From contig NC_043020.1 in the NCBI RefSeq assembly GCF_006345805.1, forward strand, positions 30,504,001 through 30,568,000: DNA of 64,000 bases. The letters are read 5' to 3'. Position 1 is the stretch's first letter, and every line of letters begins with the position of its first letter. The notes beneath the pieces were generated by a model. It was not told the DNA's origin, did no database searches, and saw nothing but the letters and a program-made list of their open reading frames with translations. Origin of the DNA: Octopus sinensis. Lineage: Eukaryota. The position numbers were made by a program, and so were the translations under genes. Below are positions 24,590-39,893 of this stretch, in pieces.

Positions 24590-25955
24590 TCTTTCTTTCT
24601 CAACCGCTTTCCATCATCGTCCTCCTGCCCTTCTTTCTTCTTCTTCTTCTTCTTCTTCTCCTTCTTCTTCTCCTTCTTCTTCTTCTTCTTCTTTTCTTCT
24701 TCTTCTTCTTCGTCTTCTCCTTCTTCTTCTCTTCTTCTTCTTCTTCTTCTTCTTCTTCTTTCTTCTTCTTCTTCTTCTCCCTCTTCTTCTCCTTCTCTTC
24801 TTCTTCTTCTTCTCCTTCTCCTTTCTCCTTCTTCTTCTTCTCCTTCTTCTCCTCCTTCTCACTTTTCTCTTTTCTCTTCTCCTCCTGCCCTTCTTCTCTT
24901 TTCTTCTTCCTTCTTCTTCTTTCTTCTTTCTTCTTCTTTGTCTTCACTCCTTCTCCTTCTCTTCTTCTCTCTCTTCTCTTTCTTCTTTTCTTCTTCTTCT
25001 TCTCCTTTCCTTCTCCTTCTTCTCCTCCTTCTCATTCTTCTTCTTCTTCTTCTCCTTCTCTCCTTCTCCTTCTTCTTCTTCTTCTTCTCGTTCTCCTTCT
25101 CCTTCTCCTTCTTCTTCTTCTTCTCCTTCTCTCTGCCCTTCTTCTCCTTCTTCTTCTTCTTCTTTTCTTTCTTCTTCTTTCTTCTTTCTTCTCCTTCTTC
25201 TCTCCTTCTTCTCTTTCCTTCTTTCTTCTTTTCTTCTTCTTCTCCTTCTTCTTCTCTTCTATTCTCCTTCTTCTCCTCCTTCTCCTTCTTCTTATTTCTT
25301 CTTCTTCTTCTCTTCTTCTTCTCCTTCTTCTTCTTCTCTCTTCTTTCCTTCTCCTTCTCCTTCTTCTCCTCCTTCTCATTCTTCTCCTTCTCCTTCTCCT
25401 CCTTCTTCTTCTTCTTCTTCTTCTTCTTCTTCTTCTCCTCCTTCTTCTTCTACTTCTTCTTCTTCTCCTTCTTCTTCTTCTGCTCCTTCTCCTTCTTCTT
25501 CTTCTTCTCCTCCTTCTTCTTCTTCTTCTTCTCCTCCTTCTTCTTCTCCTTCTTCTTCTGCTCCTTCTCCTTCTTCTTCTTCTTCTCCTCCTTCTTCTTC
25601 TTCTTCTCCTCCTTCTTCTTCTCCTTCTTCTTCTTCTTCTTCTTCTTCTTTCTTCTCCTCCTCCTTCTCCTTCTTCTTCTCCTCCTCCTTCTTCTTCTTC
25701 TTCTTCTTCTTCTTCTCCTTCTTCTTCTTCTCCTTCTCCTCCTCCTCCTTCTTCTTCTCCTTCTTCTCCTTCTTCTCCTTCTTCTCCTCCTTCTCCTCCT
25801 TCTTCTTCTTCTCCTCCTTCTTCTTCTTCTTCTCCTTCTCCTCCTCCTCCTTCTCCTCCTTCTCCTCCTTCTTCTTCTTCTTCTCCTTCTCCTCCTTCTT
25901 CTTCTTCTTCTTCTCCTCCTCCTCCTTCTCCTTCTTCTCTCCTCCTTCTTCTTCC
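24590..25955. repeat. ~1.36-kb (CTT/CCT)n polypyrimidine tract
   Basis: Almost pure C/T on the plus strand; generates the spurious long ORFs at 24565-26052. Confidence 0.95.
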
Positions 25956-26157
25956 CTACCACCCACACATTTTCATCACCCCAGTCACCCGCTTCTTTAG
26001 TCATCTTCTGCATGTGTGCACGCACGCGTTTGAATGGGTCTGTGTGAATTAATCAAAAGCACACACACACACACACATTATATATATCATAAATGCAAAA
26101 AGTTAAAGGATAACAAGAAAGGAATGATAAAATTATATATATATATTATACTGTATG

Positions 26158-26197
<40 letters not shown>

Positions 26198-26266
26198 GCT
26201 CACCCACAAATATACACATATATAAATATTTATACATATATAATGTATATATGTGTATGTGTATGC

Positions 26267-26303
<37 letters not shown>

Positions 26304-27589
26304 TACACACACACACACACACACCACACACACACACACACACCACACACACACATATATATATATACACGTATATATATATATACATACGTACATATGT
26401 GTGTATGTGTATGTGTATGTGTCTGTGTGTGTTTGTGTAATTTTCTCATTTCTCTGCAGTTATCCTGTTATCTCTTTCCCCTTCACGCAGGTTTCCCTGG
26501 GCACACCCGAACTAACACCACCAACAACGACACCCCCACCGTTTCCACCAACGCTCTCTCTGCCCTCTCCCCTCTTCCCACCGATCCTCTCTCCTCTCTC
26601 CTCTCCTCCTTTCTATCTGTTTTGCCTTCCAAACACAGAATCGCCATCCTCGTTACTGTTATTGTTATTGGTTATTATGTCCTTGTCTCTTTCAAATCCT
26701 GCTTTGAAAAAAGAGAAGTCTGAAGAACGAGGCTTCTTGACGCTGCTACCCCTATCTACGCAGCTATTCCCGACCCGTATTCGACCCCTAAGTACTCCCT
26801 AATACACCCTCATTGCACCATCAATTACTGACTTTACTTTGTCGCCGACAAAGAAGCGTCTAGACCTGCTTGAAACAGCAGTCAAATTATTCTCAAATCA
26901 TCGGCTGTTGTCATAGATAGGGTTGTAGCCAGATTCAAAAGTTAGCGGCAGCGAACACATTGAAGAACGGCACCGTGGATCCGTGGCACATATCAAATGC
27001 TGATTATACAGTTTATAAAAAGCGCCAGTTTTGGAAAAATGTGCTCGGGGGAAGCAGTCGTTTCCCTTGCTCCCCTATGGCCATAAATACGCTGTTTGGG
27101 AAAAAAGAAATGATTGCCAAGGCTGGAGCGCTTTTGGACACGGTGTTCACGATCTGAGATTAACTAAGATTACAATACAAGACATATAATATATTCGTGT
27201 CCGACGCTAATTTGACCGTCTGCTGCCCTCCCACCTCAACATTTCATGTACGAAGACTGTCAGGAAGCCTTTATTTGCAAGATAGAGTAGCTAAAGCTCC
27301 CTCAAATCACAACCTATCGTTCGTTTTATAAAAGAGGAAGGACATGCTGGTTAATGCAGGTCTAGGTATAATAAAACGAGGTGGTCACGAATGGAATGTT
27401 TTTAACCATAGTTTTGCTTGATTAGGTTTAGCCCAGGGTTAAACACAATAACTCAGCGATAGCAATAAGGACAGAAACAACAACAACAACAACCACAACC
27501 ACAACATAACACATGAATAGCAGCAGCAATAACAACAACAACAACAACAACAGCAACATTAAAAACGGTAGCAATAATAATCGTTTCTA

Positions 27590-28062
27590 CTCTAGACACA
27601 AGGGCCCGAAATTTTTTGGGCGGGGCCATTCGATTAGATCGGCCCCAGTTCTCAACGGGTACTTAGTTTATCGACCCCGAAAGGATGAAAGGGAAAGTCG
27701 ACCTCGGTGGTATTTGAACTCAGAACGTCTTTAAGACAGACGGACGAAATGCCGCTAAGCATTTTTGCCCGGCGCGCTAACAATTCTGCCTGCTCGTCGC
27801 TTTATAATAATAATAATAATAATAATAATATATTTCTTTACTGCCCACAAGGGGCTAAACATAGAGGGGACAAACAAGGACAGACAAAGGGATTAAGTCG
27901 TTTACATCGACTCCAGTGCGAAACTGGTACTTTATTTATCGACCCCGAAAGGATGAAAGGCAAAGTCGACCTAAGCGGAATTTGAACTCGGAACGTAACG
28001 GCAGACGAAATACCGCTAAGTATTTCGCCCGGCGTGCTACCGTTTCTGCCAGCTCGCCGCCT
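27590..28062 (-). mobile_element. Two tandem Nin/Deu-like SINEs separated by (AAT)n
   Basis: Reverse-complement heads and cores at about 27590-27800 and 27832-28062. Confidence 0.8.
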
Positions 28063-28402
28063 TGTAAATGTTATGTTTTCAAACGTATGGACGATGGAGT
28101 GCCAAGTAGAAGCCACAACAAACAAAACAAACAAACGAATTTATCTGTTGAGCGAAAACATCTATAATGTGTGGAAGCAGATCAACAAAAGAAACCTTTT
28201 GAAAGTACGTCTTGATTTCAGAAAGGCGTTCTTAGCCCTTCTTAGCCCTTCATTTGTGCTCAATGGTAAATCGGTGCATTGGAGCAATGCACCAATTGCC
28301 ATAGAAACGCGTATAAAACCATCATAAATTAATCTTACCTTTTTTGTGCCTTCAGAAAAACAAACAAACAAAAGAAAACAATTGTTAGAACAATTTTTTT
28401 AT

Positions 28403-28745
28403 GGTGTGGGTGCATGGTGAGAGGTTTGCTTCCCGACCACATGGTCTCGGGTTCAGTCCCACTGCGTGGCACCTTGGGCAAGTGTCTTCTACTATAGCCT
28501 CGGACCAACCAAAGCCTTGTGAGTGTATTTGGTAGACGGAAACTGAAAGAAGCCCAGCGTATGTATGTATATATGTGTGAGCGTGTGTGTGTGTCTTTGT
28601 GTTTGTCTCGCACCACTGCTTGACCACTGGCGTTGGTTTGCTTACGTCTCCGTTACTTAGCGGTGCAGTAAAAGCGAACGATAGAATAAGTGCCAGACTT
28701 AAAAAGGAGAAAGAAGAAGTTAGTGAGATCGATTTGTTTGATTAT
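28403..28745 (+). mobile_element. Third tRNA-derived SINE family, bipartite with an internal (TG)n; relatives near 6515, 16740, 19250, 38460, 48230, 49250, 56530
   Basis: Head GGGTTCAGTCCCACTGCGTGGCACCTTGGGCAAGTGTCTTCTACTATAGCC recurs across the window. Confidence 0.75.
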
Positions 28746-29689
28746 AGGAAAGGCACCGAACTAGGCGAGTCATTATAGGTTTGGGATCAAATACTCCGAT
28801 TGGCTTTTCGGAACCAAGCTTCTTCACAACTCTTTTTCATCTTTACGTCGTCCATAAATAAAGAACCGCCAAACACCGATCCTAATTCTCCCCCCCCCCC
28901 TCTCTCTGTCTCTGTCTCTGTCTCTCTTCTTCTCTAATTAGGCTATGTTGGGACCACACAAAACAGTGACCCTTTTCTAGTAATATGGTTGTAGATGCTC
29001 CGTCAGTTTCGACGATGAGTATTCAGTCGTTCGACCGAATAAACACTTATTGGTGAAATTAAAAGTGGCTGAATATTCCGAAGGCACAAAAACCCCTTAA
29101 CGCGATACAATAAGAGTTGGACGTTTGAATTACAGATACAATCGAGAGAGAAAGAGAGGGAGAGAGAGAGAGAGAGAGGAGAGAGAGAGGGAGAGAGAGG
29201 GGGAGAAAAGCAGGGTGCGGGTGAAAGGGATCACGGCAGGGTTTCCCTGTCATTTTTGTCGAACTTGTTAATATTCTGGAAGTGTCATGGCTGTTTGCTG
29301 GTGGTGGTGGTGGTGGGGGATGAAGGTGGTGGTGGTGGTGGTGGGGGATGAAGGTGGTGGGGGATGAAGGTGGTGGTGGAGGCGGCGGCGGCGGGGCTCG
29401 ATCACAATGAGCAGAAATGTCAGCGAAGTCCTCTTAACGGACGCTGAACATGTCAGAGAATGCTCTGACATGTTTTCTTTTGCTGTTGTCAACAACAACA
29501 ACAACAACAACAACAACAGCAGCAGCAGCAGCAACAACAACAACAACAACAATATCGACAACAGCCAGAGAGACAAGAAGAGCAACAACGAAGTCTCTGG
29601 AAACACCAAACGGCAACAACAAGAATACAGAAACAACACTGACAACAAAACGAAAACAACAACCAGGATGACGATGACAACAACAACAT

Positions 29690-29733
<44 letters not shown>

Positions 29734-30300
29734 ACAACTACGTCATTCGTCAAAGAAGCCAGAGTCAACAAACGTTCTTTTACAAGGACGTTTGACTTGC
29801 TAGAAATAACAGCCATATTTTACCCCCGAAAGCCTTCTGTGCTCTGTTCAGGAACACGAAGTTGCTGTTTCTAAAAAGAAAATAGAATGAGGATGTAATT
29901 CGATATGACAGGATGGCTATGGCTAGAACGCTCTGACGACATTGTCACCTTACCGCCATTTTCTGTGCATTGTTTCGCCAAGATAACATTTCTCCAGAGA
30001 AACAAATCGTGCGTTTCGTTTCGCTGCAAAAGATCTGTTTACAAGTTTGTTTTATATAAACTAACAACAAAGCGATATACATGTTACACACACACACACA
30101 CACATACACACACACACACATACACACACATACACACACACACACATACACACACATACACACACGCACACACATACACACACGTTCGCACTCTCTAATG
30201 CTTAACCCAAACCTACCTACCTACATACATACACACATTCATAAACTCACACTCACACAAATATACAATACATATATTCATATTCACGGACCCATACACA

Positions 30301-30342
<42 letters not shown>

Positions 30343-30934
30343 GCACACACGCACGCACGCACGCACACGCACTCCCAGGGACCGACAGAGTAAACGTTTT
30401 GAAATGGCGACCATTTGTAATGGATCGCCACGCGTTGTAATTGATATCGAGAGAAATGAGTAGCGTTTTCGGTGTGTGTTGTGCATGTTAGATTATTTCT
30501 GATTACTTCAAACTAATCTTTCCGAAGGAAAAGTGAGATGAAGGAAATATCTTGAGTTACGCAAAGATGGAAATATTACCGACCCCGACTGCATTTCTTC
30601 TCTTCTCACAGTATCGAGTGACTGGATTTAATAGCTTAACTAAGAAGCGAACCGAATCTTGAATATCCACATCGTCCTACATTTTGAAAAAGTGTCGTCG
30701 TCAGAGCTTCAAGAAAATACGAAGTAAATGTAATAGGAATTCTATAATGGACGCCTGGAACCATTTAATAGAAAAATTCTTTGACTCGTGGAAGCAGATA
30801 GAATATGGCCATACTGGTGGTACCAGTTGCTATAAAAGGGTGTTTTGTCATTGATGTTTTACTCGATCGGTTGGACTTATGGAGCTGGTTCGATTTCCAT
30901 GGCAGACAAAGGACCGATATTACAACATTCCTTA

Positions 30935-31130
30935 AAGCAGCGAGCTGGCAGAATCGTTAGCGCGCCGGGCGAAATGCTTAGCGGCATTTCGGTCGTTTTT
31001 AAGTTCTGTGTTCGAATGCCGCGGAGGTCGACTTTGCCTTTCATTCTTTCGGGGTTGATAAAATAAGCACCAGTTGACTACTGGGGTCGAGCTTGCTGGC
31101 CTTGTGCCAAAATTGAAACCGGTATTACAA
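30935..31130 (+). mobile_element. Nin/Deu-like SINE
   Basis: GCGAGCTGGCAGAATCGTTAG head and GGTCGACTTTGCCTTTCATTCTTTCGGGG core. Confidence 0.8.
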
Positions 31131-32075
31131 CTTTCCTTCCTCCGAACGGGACGCCGGTCAGTCGCAGAGTTCAAGGCCAGCAGTTTTGAGGAGAGAGGAA
31201 ATGTCAATAACAGCGACACCAGATCTTGACTGGTAAGAGACGAAAGGTGAAGGAACGTGGTATAGTGGTTAGGGTGTTTCACTCACGAATGTCAGACCGG
31301 GCAGTGCGTTGTATTTTTGAAGGAAACGTCCTAAGGCTGGTCACCTGGTTTCTATGACCGAGATCACAACATACTTCCTGAATGGGACATCAGTCCGTTG
31401 CAGGGCTCAAAGTTAGCGATTTTGGGCTAAAGAGACTACATCGATCGCAGTCCTTGACTGTCACCACTTTATCTCATCAAGGGATGAAAAGGGAAGACAC
31501 GTGGTATGGTGGTTAAAGTGTTAGATTGTTGCAATCACAGTCACAAGATCATCGATTCGAAACCCAGATCGGGCAAAAACATTTCATTTCACGTTGCCCC
31601 ACTCCACTCAGCTGTAAGTGGGTAGATCTACGACGAACTGGGGTCCCGTTTAGAAGAAGGGAATTTGTGAATATGCTCACTTGTACGCCATGGAAACGAG
31701 GCAGACGATCCTATAAGTTCACCAGGAGATGAGAGACAATAGTGTCCAGGGGCTGATAACGATGATGAAGGACTGAAAGTCAACACTGACCTCGGCGGGA
31801 TTTGAAATCGGAACGTAAAGAGTTAGGAGAAGTTCTGCCAAGCGTTTTGTCCGATGCACCCAAGATTCTGTGAGTTCGTCGTCTTTGAAAGGAGTTTCGT
31901 CAATAGACACACCATTGACCTCGGTCCTTGTTTTAGTTTCATGTTTTACGTCGATATCTATTTGTCAGCAACCACTAAGTTACAGGGCATAAGGGGCTGC
32001 AGCGAAGACAACACCATCTCTTAGGGTTCCGAGACCACATGCAAACATAAACATAGGCATATAGAGATGCTCATG

Positions 32076-32143
<68 letters not shown>

Positions 32144-33854
32144 AGGGAGGACTACTCCTCCCTGAAGAGTAGCCAACAAGCTGTGAAACTATTCTTTTGC
32201 TGTATATCAACTGTATAGAAGAAATATTCTCACATTCTTATTTAACCCACGGTGTGACTTTATGGTATTTACATTTATTTCATTTGTTCCCATTTATAAT
32301 GTATTGCGCACGAAGCAAGAACACACACGGTGATCTTCTGCACAGTTTCCATCGACCCGAACCTCCCCTCATAGGGTACTGGGCCTTCAGAGGCTAGAGT
32401 AGAATACGGAGATAACCACTCCGGAATGCTTGCATCTCACTGTCTCGTTAGGTGGCGCTGTGAGCTGATTTAGGTGTATTTACATCACTTGTCGACCAGC
32501 AAGAAATTTTCTCCATGACAAAACATAGTGAATGCCCAACCCAGGAATCGAAATCTCAATCCTCCAATTATGAGTTCAGCACCCTAACCACTAAACTACG
32601 AACCTCTGGAGTAACGTTACGAGTTGGTCTTAGCTGGTCATGCTCGGGGATCCAGCCGGAAAGTGTAATGATGATTGCATCTGATAGAACCCAACGAAGG
32701 AGATGTCTGAGGATTCTACCCCAACAAAGCCCTCTCAGGAACAGAGGGCGAAGAAGATGGATGGATATAAGAATATGTAACCCCATTTGCTCTAAATTTA
32801 GCGCCGTTTAATTATATCTACTTCACATTTACTCTACATTCAACTACACAACTATCAGACTCACTCACCACTTAACACTGTTAAAGTACATTTACTCTCC
32901 ATTCAACAATATTTAACTATATATTACGTTTAACGACCTTTTTTTTGCATCTAGCCACAGTCAACTGGCAGAATCGCGAACGCGTCGGCCGAAAATGCTA
33001 AGCGTCTCGTCTTTATTCAACAAAACGGCTTTCATTTTTTGTACTGCAGAAATATAAGCAAGTTATTGCTCATGATTTTTACAACAGAACTTTATAAGGG
33101 ACCCCATATAAACCCCGGTTGGGAACCACTGGTTTATAGGGATTGGGTTAAGCGAGCAAGGCTTATTTTTCTGTAATCAAGTTGTGGTTATTGATGTTTT
33201 TTTAATCCCGAGTCAGCCCTGATCACGCAGAGATGACTTGGGACTAAACAGAGGCATTCCTCTATGACCATTTCATCGAATCCTGTTTCATGCATCTGCT
33301 TTCGTACACAGGATTACATTATTTAATAAGACCCTTTTTAAAAGAGAGTATGAGGTGATTGGAAGGAAATTATGTTGGACAGTTTACTGGTTAGCTGCTA
33401 TTTCTAGTGTACAGCGCGACCACGTAGAGACACTCTTGTAATTCAGTATTTTGCTGTTAGTCAGTACTTACATGGTCCCATGAACGTCGGATTAAAAAAT
33501 ACATGTCTAGTGTACTACTTAACCCGAAGTTAAGTTAACCATAATACCCCTGAAATTCAAGTTGTATTAGATCGCCCTTGATGACCCCAAAAGCAGCTCT
33601 GATTGCAATCGGGCATTAAAGATTTGTCGGATGATTAAGCCTCTACGTACACAGTTTCAGCCTAATTTTAGTCAAAAATACGCAACTAAAGCCAATAATT
33701 TAAGCCTTAACTCCTCATCAAGGAATAGATTAAAATATTTATCATAAATAACCTGAACTCAGTTCAAATCAAATGCTTCCAACGGCCACGAAGTACGAAA
33801 GCTTCTCATTGAATGTCTTTAATACACACATAGAGCATATCTATGTATGTATGC

Positions 33855-33944
<90 letters not shown>

Positions 33945-34185
33945 CATACATACATACATATATATGTATACATACATATATACGTATATATATTATATAT
34001 ATATATATATATATATGCATACACACACACATATACATATATATATAAGGGTGGCTTGTTCGCAATTTTGCAACCGAAAGACAGTAATATATACGTTACT
34101 TAAGTGACTAAGAGCACTTGTCAATACTGGTGCTGACTAGTGCCCTCACTCACTTTAGTGATGTGTGTGTGTGTGTGCGTGTGTG

Positions 34186-34225
<40 letters not shown>

Positions 34226-34819
34226 TATATATATATGTATATATATGTATAAATATATACACACCCGCAAATACACACACACAAACACACACACACACAC
34301 TGAGTGTATATAGTTAGCCTTCCATGAACTTGCAGGGAAGGTTTTAAACTAACTTTGGCGACCCGTAATCTAATTCTGGTTCGTTCTATAACGAACATTT
34401 CAGTAAAATGTTGCGAAATATTTCTCAGGATTAGTTTTAAAATCTCTGTCGGTATTTTTTCCCCTGTTATTTTCTGGTTTTGGATTAATGCGATGATATT
34501 ACTTTTGCGTCATAATTGCAATTTGATCGTCAACGCCGACTGTTTCGTGGGTTTGCAATTATCAAAAGGTTCTTTTTATAAGAAATCAACTCGAATCAAT
34601 TTGAATCGACTTGAACTTAGTTCACTGACGTCAAAATGCGTGTCAGACGAATGAACGAGGGAAAATCCGGGGTTGACTCAAAGTGTTTCCCCTCAAAATG
34701 TCTCACCGTATCCCTTTTGCGTTTCATCCTCTCAAGATCGAAGAAATAAGTACCATTTGAACACTAGGATCGATATATAAGACTTGTCCCTCTTCAAGCC
34801 TGTACCTTTGGCAGAAACG

Positions 34820-34853
<34 letters not shown>

Positions 34854-34860
34854 TATTATT

Positions 34861-35715
<855 letters not shown>

Positions 35716-37005
35716 ACTGTTATTATTGTTATTATAAAAGCACGTCGCCCCATTTACCGTAGAATTGATGTTTTCTCTGGCCTCCATCGGATTTTGTACG
35801 TCAGTCATTTTCCACACATTTTTCTTGTTTTTCTTTCCCCCCCCTCCACCCACCAACGCAAGAGATCCGCTTACTTTACTTTTCATAACAATTTTGTTGA
35901 GAAACCAACACGCGATATCGAGGATCGGTCTTCCTTTGATAACAACTCTGTACGGGGTCTTGCCATCGTTTAAACTCTGTGTTTTTGTAAAATCACATTT
36001 TCCTTAAAAAAACATGGCCTCCAAGAAAGTCGTGTAATATTCGGTGGCTGGAGATGAGAGGAAAAGTCACTGGCTCTTCCCTTCTGTTAGAATGTAGCAA
36101 TCTACCGATGGACGTATCCCTCTTCTCCTTCTTCTTGTCCATTGCCATTTTGCTCTAAACCAGTTTTGTCACCCACCCCCACCACCATCACCAGTAGCTT
36201 TCATTTCTTCTTCGAAACTCTTCCCTCTTCTCCATTTCTGTCTGTCCCTCGTCACAATCCCTCTTCTGGAACCCATTTCATGATTCCCTTTGTCCATCTA
36301 GTTTCGTCTGTTCTCTTCTAAATATCCTGCCTACCTTCACTTTATTTCCTGAATTATACTTCTGGGTACGACTGCATCTGGGGCCCTGGTTCGGGAGTTC
36401 CAGAGTTTTGAGGAATCCCATTTTAGCCGACCATTGTTCCCAGGTCTACTTTGACCCAGATTAGTGCATCTGTCAGGGTCCCCGCCATGGATTAAATAGC
36501 ATGTGACCACTAGAGCCAGGGTGCATTGAAATCATGGGTCGCTACACGGTGGATGCAAACTATCTCAGCAAATGACTTTATTGAGTCAAAAGCGAATAAT
36601 GCTAAATGCAGATGAAGAGACTAAACAAAAAACTGTCAACAGTCAGGACCAGTCAGTTCGGTTAGCAAACAACTGCTTTCATCTGTTGTCGTGGTGTGCA
36701 TAGATGAGGTATTCCAGCCAGCGAAAGACAAATGTGGCTAAAACTCAAGCCAGACGTTCATTCCACATCGCTCGATCGCGCCGTCTGAAGTTGCACTGCA
36801 TGCAGGTGTTGCAGTGGCCCGGGAAAGTCACCTGGGCCGAGGATTTCGATATATGCCCGACTCGTTTATGCTGGTGCACCACCTTGAAGGGTTTAGTCGA
36901 CGACGAATCGACTTATTTCTAAGTACTTCAATCTCCTTTTCTGAGACAAACCAACACCGGTTGCCAAGCGGTGGTAGAGGACAAACAGAAACACAAAGAC
37001 GCACG

Positions 37006-37064
<59 letters not shown>

Positions 37065-38257
37065 CAACACACACACACATACGCACGCACACACACGCAC
37101 ACAAACACAGTTATACATATATATGGAGAGAGAGAGAGAGAGAGAGGAGAGAGAGGTTATGAGAGGTAATGGTGTCAGTAAGACCCAAAGGTGTCAGGTA
37201 ATGCTGAGTAAGTGCTAGGGACAGACCATAGTTAAGCTCCAGGTTCGGTGATTATGAGAATAAGGGGTCCAACGTAGGTCCATACATCAAGAATTTGCTA
37301 TAAATTCCTTTCTTCACAATTTCGTCTTTTGCTTCTTCTTCATTTCAGAAATCGGAATTTGTTGCTGGAAAGATTTCTTTCTGATGTCATTTTTTTTTGT
37401 CTGCGTGTTCCGAGCAGAAATTGTAGGATTTGCCATTGTAGCTGCTGCTGCGGCTTCCGCTGCTGTTGTGGTTGTAGTCGTCGGAATATCGGTCGTCGTC
37501 GTCGTAGCAGTAGTAGTAGTAATGGTGGTGGTAGTGGTGGTGGTAGTGGCGGCGGCGGGTGGCACTCAGCTCTCTGATTTTTCCACCCAACCTACGAGAG
37601 GCTCTGAGGTGGCCTGTGTAACCATAAACATAATTTTGATTTTCTACCCCCAACGACCACCCGCATCTGCTTGCAATCTTTAATATCAAAATAATTAGGA
37701 AGATCCTCCAGTGCTACAAACACGCAAACCTCTGCAAACCACACTTCTTCAAAGCATTTATTATTTTCCTTTTTCGGAAGGGTGGGGGTGGGGGGGTACT
37801 GTTTATTCGTTCGACAGGAAACGTCCTCACCCCAGGGCATATAATATTGGTTTTGAATTCTGGCACAAGGCCAGCAACTTTGTGGGAGAGGCTAAGTCAA
37901 TTACATCGACCTTAGTGCTCAACTGGTGCCTGTTTTTATCGACCCCGGTGGCATATGAACTCAGAACGGAAGAAATGCTGCTGGATACTCATCGGGCCAA
38001 AGATACCTTAATCAAAAGAAGTTAACATGGATAATTACTTCTTCCGAGGTTCTGCTATGAAACATATAGCCTGCATTTTGTCTACTCCATTCCCTAACCC
38101 TTTTCAGCTTATCGAATTTCGAAATGGGAAAAACTTACAACCTTCTACGTCAATAAACCAGTATTGTTCCCGAAAGTTATTTTTTATACTCTCTACGGAG
38201 TGCTCGAAACTTACTACCTTCCTACACCTTGCTCTTTGGATCTTACCTTTACTTCTA

Positions 38258-38335
<78 letters not shown>

Positions 38336-39363
38336 GTATATAGAAAAGAATATAAAAAAGGGACTAGAACGCAACAGGTGACAACACATCCAGACAGTTA
38401 TATATGTATGTATACATATACACATATATGTATATGTCATGTTTGTGTGTCTTTATATTTGTATCCTACCATTTGACATCCGGTGTTGGTTTGTTAACGT
38501 CTCCGTAACTTAGCGATTCGACAAAAGACACCGATCGAATAAGTACTGTGTTAATTTTTTTTCGACTAAAACCCTTTAAAGTTGTGGCCCCAAACGGGGC
38601 CGCACAGTCCAATAACTGACGGAAAAAAGGTAAAAGATAAAAAAAAAAGAAGAAAAGTTAAAGAAGATGAAAATGTACCGCTAAACTAAACCGGGTTGGT
38701 CACGGTTGGAACGCATTTGATCACAGATCTGATCGTTCACGACAACTGACCTGTGACGAAACAACAACAACACCACCACCAACAACAACGTCCGTCAGTC
38801 CAGTCATTGAATATTAGGAGTAAACGGATCCCTTCATTTATTCTGCTCCAGCGATCAAAGGTCTTCGATGGCTTCGGTATACACGCACGTGAACGTGTAT
38901 CAGTATCATGGAAGACGTTGAGAGAAGACACCGATACCGAAGAAGACACCTTCCTGCCTTCCTTCCTCCCTTTCTTCTCCTTCTTCTTCTTCTTCTTCTT
39001 CTTCTTCTTCTCTTCTTCTTCTTCTTCTTCTTCTTCTCCTTCTCCTTCCACCCGTTGCCTCCTCCCACTCCCCCGCGTGGAGAGAGACGATGATATCATA
39101 AGTGAGGTAACATGAACTTTGATATATTGCTCTCTGTATCGGTTGCAGGAGGAAATGTAGTGCGATACGAAACAGGGAGAGGACATCTGAAGCATTGCGC
39201 CCCCCCACCGAGGAATGTTTCACACACACACACACCTGTGTGTGTCTGTGTGTACGTATGTATGTATGTATGTTTATATATATATAATTGAATGTATATG
39301 CATATATATATGTGCATATATACATCTACATACACATACATGTATACATACATATACATACTG

Positions 39364-39410
<47 letters not shown>

Positions 39411-39893
39411 CTCATTCTCTTTCATTACACGCACACACATGTGTGTGCGTGTGTGTGTTTGTATGCTTGTATGTGTATGTATGTATGTATGTATATGTGT
39501 ATATATGTGTGCGTGTGTGCTTGTATGTATGTATGTGTGTGTGTGTGTGTGTGTGGTGGTGAGAGTTTAATTCTTTTATTCTTTTACTGGCTTCAATCAT
39601 TGATTTTCGCCCATGCTGGGGCACCCCCTTCAGTGACCTTCAGACGATCATATCGATTCTGGTACGTGTTACAGCCTGGCATGTATTTTCTCGGTCTTTA
39701 TTTCTCGAAATGCTAAGTTGCGTGATACAATGCAAACATCATTACCGGATTCAGACTGGTATAAATACATAGACTCGTGCACACAGAAACACGGAAACAA
39801 CCACACTTATGTGTTTCAAGGGGAAGTGCTAATGGCGTCCACGTTTCGCCAAGGATGGCTTTTCAAACTGTACTGCAAATATTATTCATCGTG

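Noticed and set aside
24565-26052. Long ORFs of up to 495 aa
   Set aside because: Translations of the (CTT)n tract (poly-L/S/F or E/K/R); no coding signal.
38850-38925. Plus-strand exon-like segment ending …QYHGRR* (neuropeptide-like)
   Set aside because: No upstream exons or signal peptide found; likely chance.
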